Shown here one piece after another: positions 62,066 to 64,000 of a stretch of DNA of 64,000 nt. The position numbers and the translations under genes are program-made. The notes beneath the pieces are model-generated. The model did not search any database. It had not been told where the DNA came from and saw only the letters and a program-made list of their open reading frames with translations. Origin of the DNA: an uncultured Clostridia bacterium (lineage in GTDB: Bacteria; Bacillota; Clostridia; Christensenellales; Aristaeellaceae); contig CAMENN010000001.1 of assembly GCA_945928315.1 (NCBI GenBank), positions 142 through 64,141 on the forward strand. The letters run 5' to 3'. Position 1 is the first letter of the stretch. The number at the start of each line of letters is the position of its first letter.

Positions 62066-63883
62066 TCAGGCGTCTCTCTGAAGGATGAATTCCTCGTTCA
62101 GCGTCTTTGCCGCAGGAGCCGCGAGCGTCAGCCGCCACAGGCTGCCGGAGAAGTTCCGCGCAAGACGCGCGTCCGTAACGGGCATCTCCTGCACCTGCTG
62201 CGCGAGCGCCGGATTGTGCCGCAGCACGAGCGGCCCGAAGCGCACCGCGCCGGGGACCAGCTCCGGCTTCTGCCGCAGCATGAACACCCAGGTCACGCGC
62301 TGCGGCGCGTCCAGCTCGATCCCGTCGCACAGCCGCACGCCCGCCGCCTCCGGCGTGAACGTGCGCACCAGCTTCCGGACGCCCGCCTGCGCCGGATACG
62401 CCCCGGCGATGTCCATGCGTGCGCCGCGCTCGTCGCCCTGCACGTCCCGGGCGGCATAGGCGCGGCCCTCGTGCTGCTCCACACCGCCGATGAGCGGCAC
62501 GTTGTGGTTCATGGAGCGTGTGTTGTCGATGGTGTAGCGGTCCGGGCCGAAGGTCTTCGCCGTGTAGACCTTGTTGCCCATGTCCACAACGGCCGGCTCC
62601 CCGTCCGCATAGACGATGAACGTGCCCACGTCGTTGTGGTTGTGGCTTTCGCCGTTGCAGCCGCCCTTGATCGCCGCGTACAGCCCGTCAAAGCGCCAGG
62701 CATAGACCTGCAGGTCCGGCATCGCCATGAACGGCGGCTCCTGCAGCGCCTCCGCCTCCGGCACGGGATCGAAGAGGCTGGCAAGCACCCGGTTCATCTG
62801 CGGCGTGTCCTCCACGCGCACCTGCACGTCCTTCGCCCGGCGGATGGATACGCCCAGCGCGGTGAGCGCGGGGTTCTGCGTGCGCATGCCGTAGCGGATG
62901 ATGGGCATGGCGTCGAGCGTGGGCTTCACATCGCAGTCCGCAAAGTTCAGATAGTACGGCCCGCTGACGTGCGCCTTGAGCGGATAGGCGCCGATGGCGC
63001 GGATGTGCGGCTCGTCATAGAAGCTTACGCGCCCGTCCGTCGCCCTGTAGATGGCCTCCAGGCAGTCCAGCAGCGAGCCGCCGGCCACGTTGAAGTAGCC
63101 CGCGCCCTCGTCGCAGCCGCCGTCCTCCGGCATCACCGCGAGGTAGCTGTCCAGCATGCGCATGGCGCGCGCGGTCAGCTCGCAGCGGCGCACGCCGTCG
63201 CGCTCGATCAGCAGGACGGTATCCAGCACGTTGGAGAGAATCCACGGCGTCCAGTTGTTCATGTCCTTACGGATCATGCCCATCCACCAGAAGTCGTCGT
63301 GAATCTCAAACGGGCGCAGGATGCGCGTCTTAAGCTCCCGGCGCACGCGGCGCGCGATGCGCGGGGTGACGGCATCGAGCCTGTCCTCCAAAAAGTAGAG
63401 CACGAAGGAGAGCGTCGCCGCGGTCTGCGCGGAAAACAGGTCGATGTACGGGTCGTCCACGTCCGGCAGGGGATGCTCCTGCGGCGGACGGCTCATCGGG
63501 TGGCGGCTGTCGTTGTGCGCGCTGACCACCCAGCTGCTCTCCTCGCAGATGGCCCACAGGCCGTCGATGACCGCATCGAGATACGTGCCGTCGTCCCGCA
63601 CGCACTCGGCCAGCGCCGCGCCGATGAGCAGCTTGCGCCGCGCGAAGTACGGCTTTTCAAACACCTGCCGGTCGCCTGTGCGCACATAGGCGAGGTACTG
63701 CGTCGCGGTCAGCGGCGGGTATCCGGCAAGGGCCTCGTCGCCCCAGGCGGTCAGCTCGCTGCGCACGGCGGGGGCAAGGCCCTCCCAGGCCGCGCGGTCC
63801 TGCCTGCGGGGATAGGGCCGGTAGCTGCCCGGGCCCGGGAGCAGGGCGCGCAGATCATGCGAATCCAGATATTCGGTGAACAT
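62066..63883 (-). CDS. Heparinase II/III-family protein
   Basis: 605 aa. The N-terminal alpha/alpha-toroid-like region (...TATQYLAYVRTGDRQVFEKPYFARRKLL...) and the C-terminal beta region fit the family. Confidence 0.7.
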   Translation of the reverse strand: MFTEYLDSHDLRALLPGPGSYRPYPRRQDRAAWEGLAPAVRSELTAWGDEALAGYPPLTATQYLAYVRTGDRQVFEKPYFARRKLLIGAALAECVRDDGTYLDAVIDGLWAICEESSWVVSAHNDSRHPMSRPPQEHPLPDVDDPYIDLFSAQTAATLSFVLYFLEDRLDAVTPRIARRVRRELKTRILRPFEIHDDFWWMGMIRKDMNNWTPWILSNVLDTVLLIERDGVRRCELTARAMRMLDSYLAVMPEDGGCDEGAGYFNVAGGSLLDCLEAIYRATDGRVSFYDEPHIRAIGAYPLKAHVSGPYYLNFADCDVKPTLDAMPIIRYGMRTQNPALTALGVSIRRAKDVQVRVEDTPQMNRVLASLFDPVPEAEALQEPPFMAMPDLQVYAWRFDGLYAAIKGGCNGESHNHNDVGTFIVYADGEPAVVDMGNKVYTAKTFGPDRYTIDNTRSMNHNVPLIGGVEQHEGRAYAARDVQGDERGARMDIAGAYPAQAGVRKLVRTFTPEAAGVRLCDGIELDAPQRVTWVFMLRQKPELVPGAVRFGPLVLRHNPALAQQVQEMPVTDARLARNFSGSLWRLTLAAPAAKTLNEEFILQRDA

Positions 63884-63934
63884 GCTTCTCGCGATCCTTT
63901 CGCTGAAATGATGGAATATGCATCCGATGTTTTC

Positions 63935-64000
63935 TCTTACTGTTCTTCATCTAAATTCACACTTTGCGAACGAAATCCGTCTCAATCGCAGGCTGCTTTG
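63935..64000 (-). repeat. Start of a delta-type repeat R10 (cut by window end)
   Basis: ...TTCTTCATCTAAATTC...CCGTCTCAATCGCAGGCTGC matches the 41250-41300 end of R8. Confidence 0.65.

Noticed and set aside
1-64000. Genomic island, prophage or defence-system reading of the window
   Set aside because: I recognised no integrase, transposase, recombinase, phage structural gene, toxin-antitoxin pair, restriction-modification gene, Cas or other known defence gene. Composition is uniformly GC-rich apart from short promoter patches.

Overview
This is a 64-kb, very GC-rich (by eye about two-thirds G+C) chromosomal segment. It looks like a spore-forming, gut-type Clostridia genome; that is an inference from a gerA/B/C-type germination operon, Gram-positive AGGAGG-type RBSs and the gene content. 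I call 47 protein-coding genes. They include: a germination receptor operon (1-3618); a HAD hydrolase; a glycogen synthase with an extra C-terminal SCP2-like domain; an FbpABC-like ABC importer; two convergent sugar/amino-sugar operons with two DUF1343/NamZ-like paralogues, a ROK kinase, a sugar isomerase, a clan GH-A hydrolase and a long PMI-like cupin protein; an LplABC-type sugar ABC importer with an unusual PBP-then-HTH regulator; a DUF5107/TPR protein and two paralogous GH-like TIM-barrel proteins; a 1284-aa BspA-type LRR surface protein downstream of a 7TM protein, HisKA_3 kinase, LuxR-type regulator and pseudo-receiver; a LysR-associated Dpp/Opp-type ABC importer with several hydrolases; murQ plus a BadF-type sugar kinase; a MerR regulator; and a heparinase II/III-like protein. 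I saw no rRNA, tRNA, CRISPR array, transposase, integrase or phage gene. The most unusual content is non-coding. Nearly every long intergenic gap (at least ten loci) is filled by a modular family of GC-rich hairpin repeats built around GCGAAGC / GAA-loop mini-hairpins. Most copies sit sense-oriented between a stop codon and the intrinsic terminator. A ~90-nt sub-element is nested into hairpin loops in either orientation and shows compensatory stem changes. The many long antisense ORFs in the track are GC-driven shadow ORFs and were not called. All family names come from reading the translations by eye; no database search was run.
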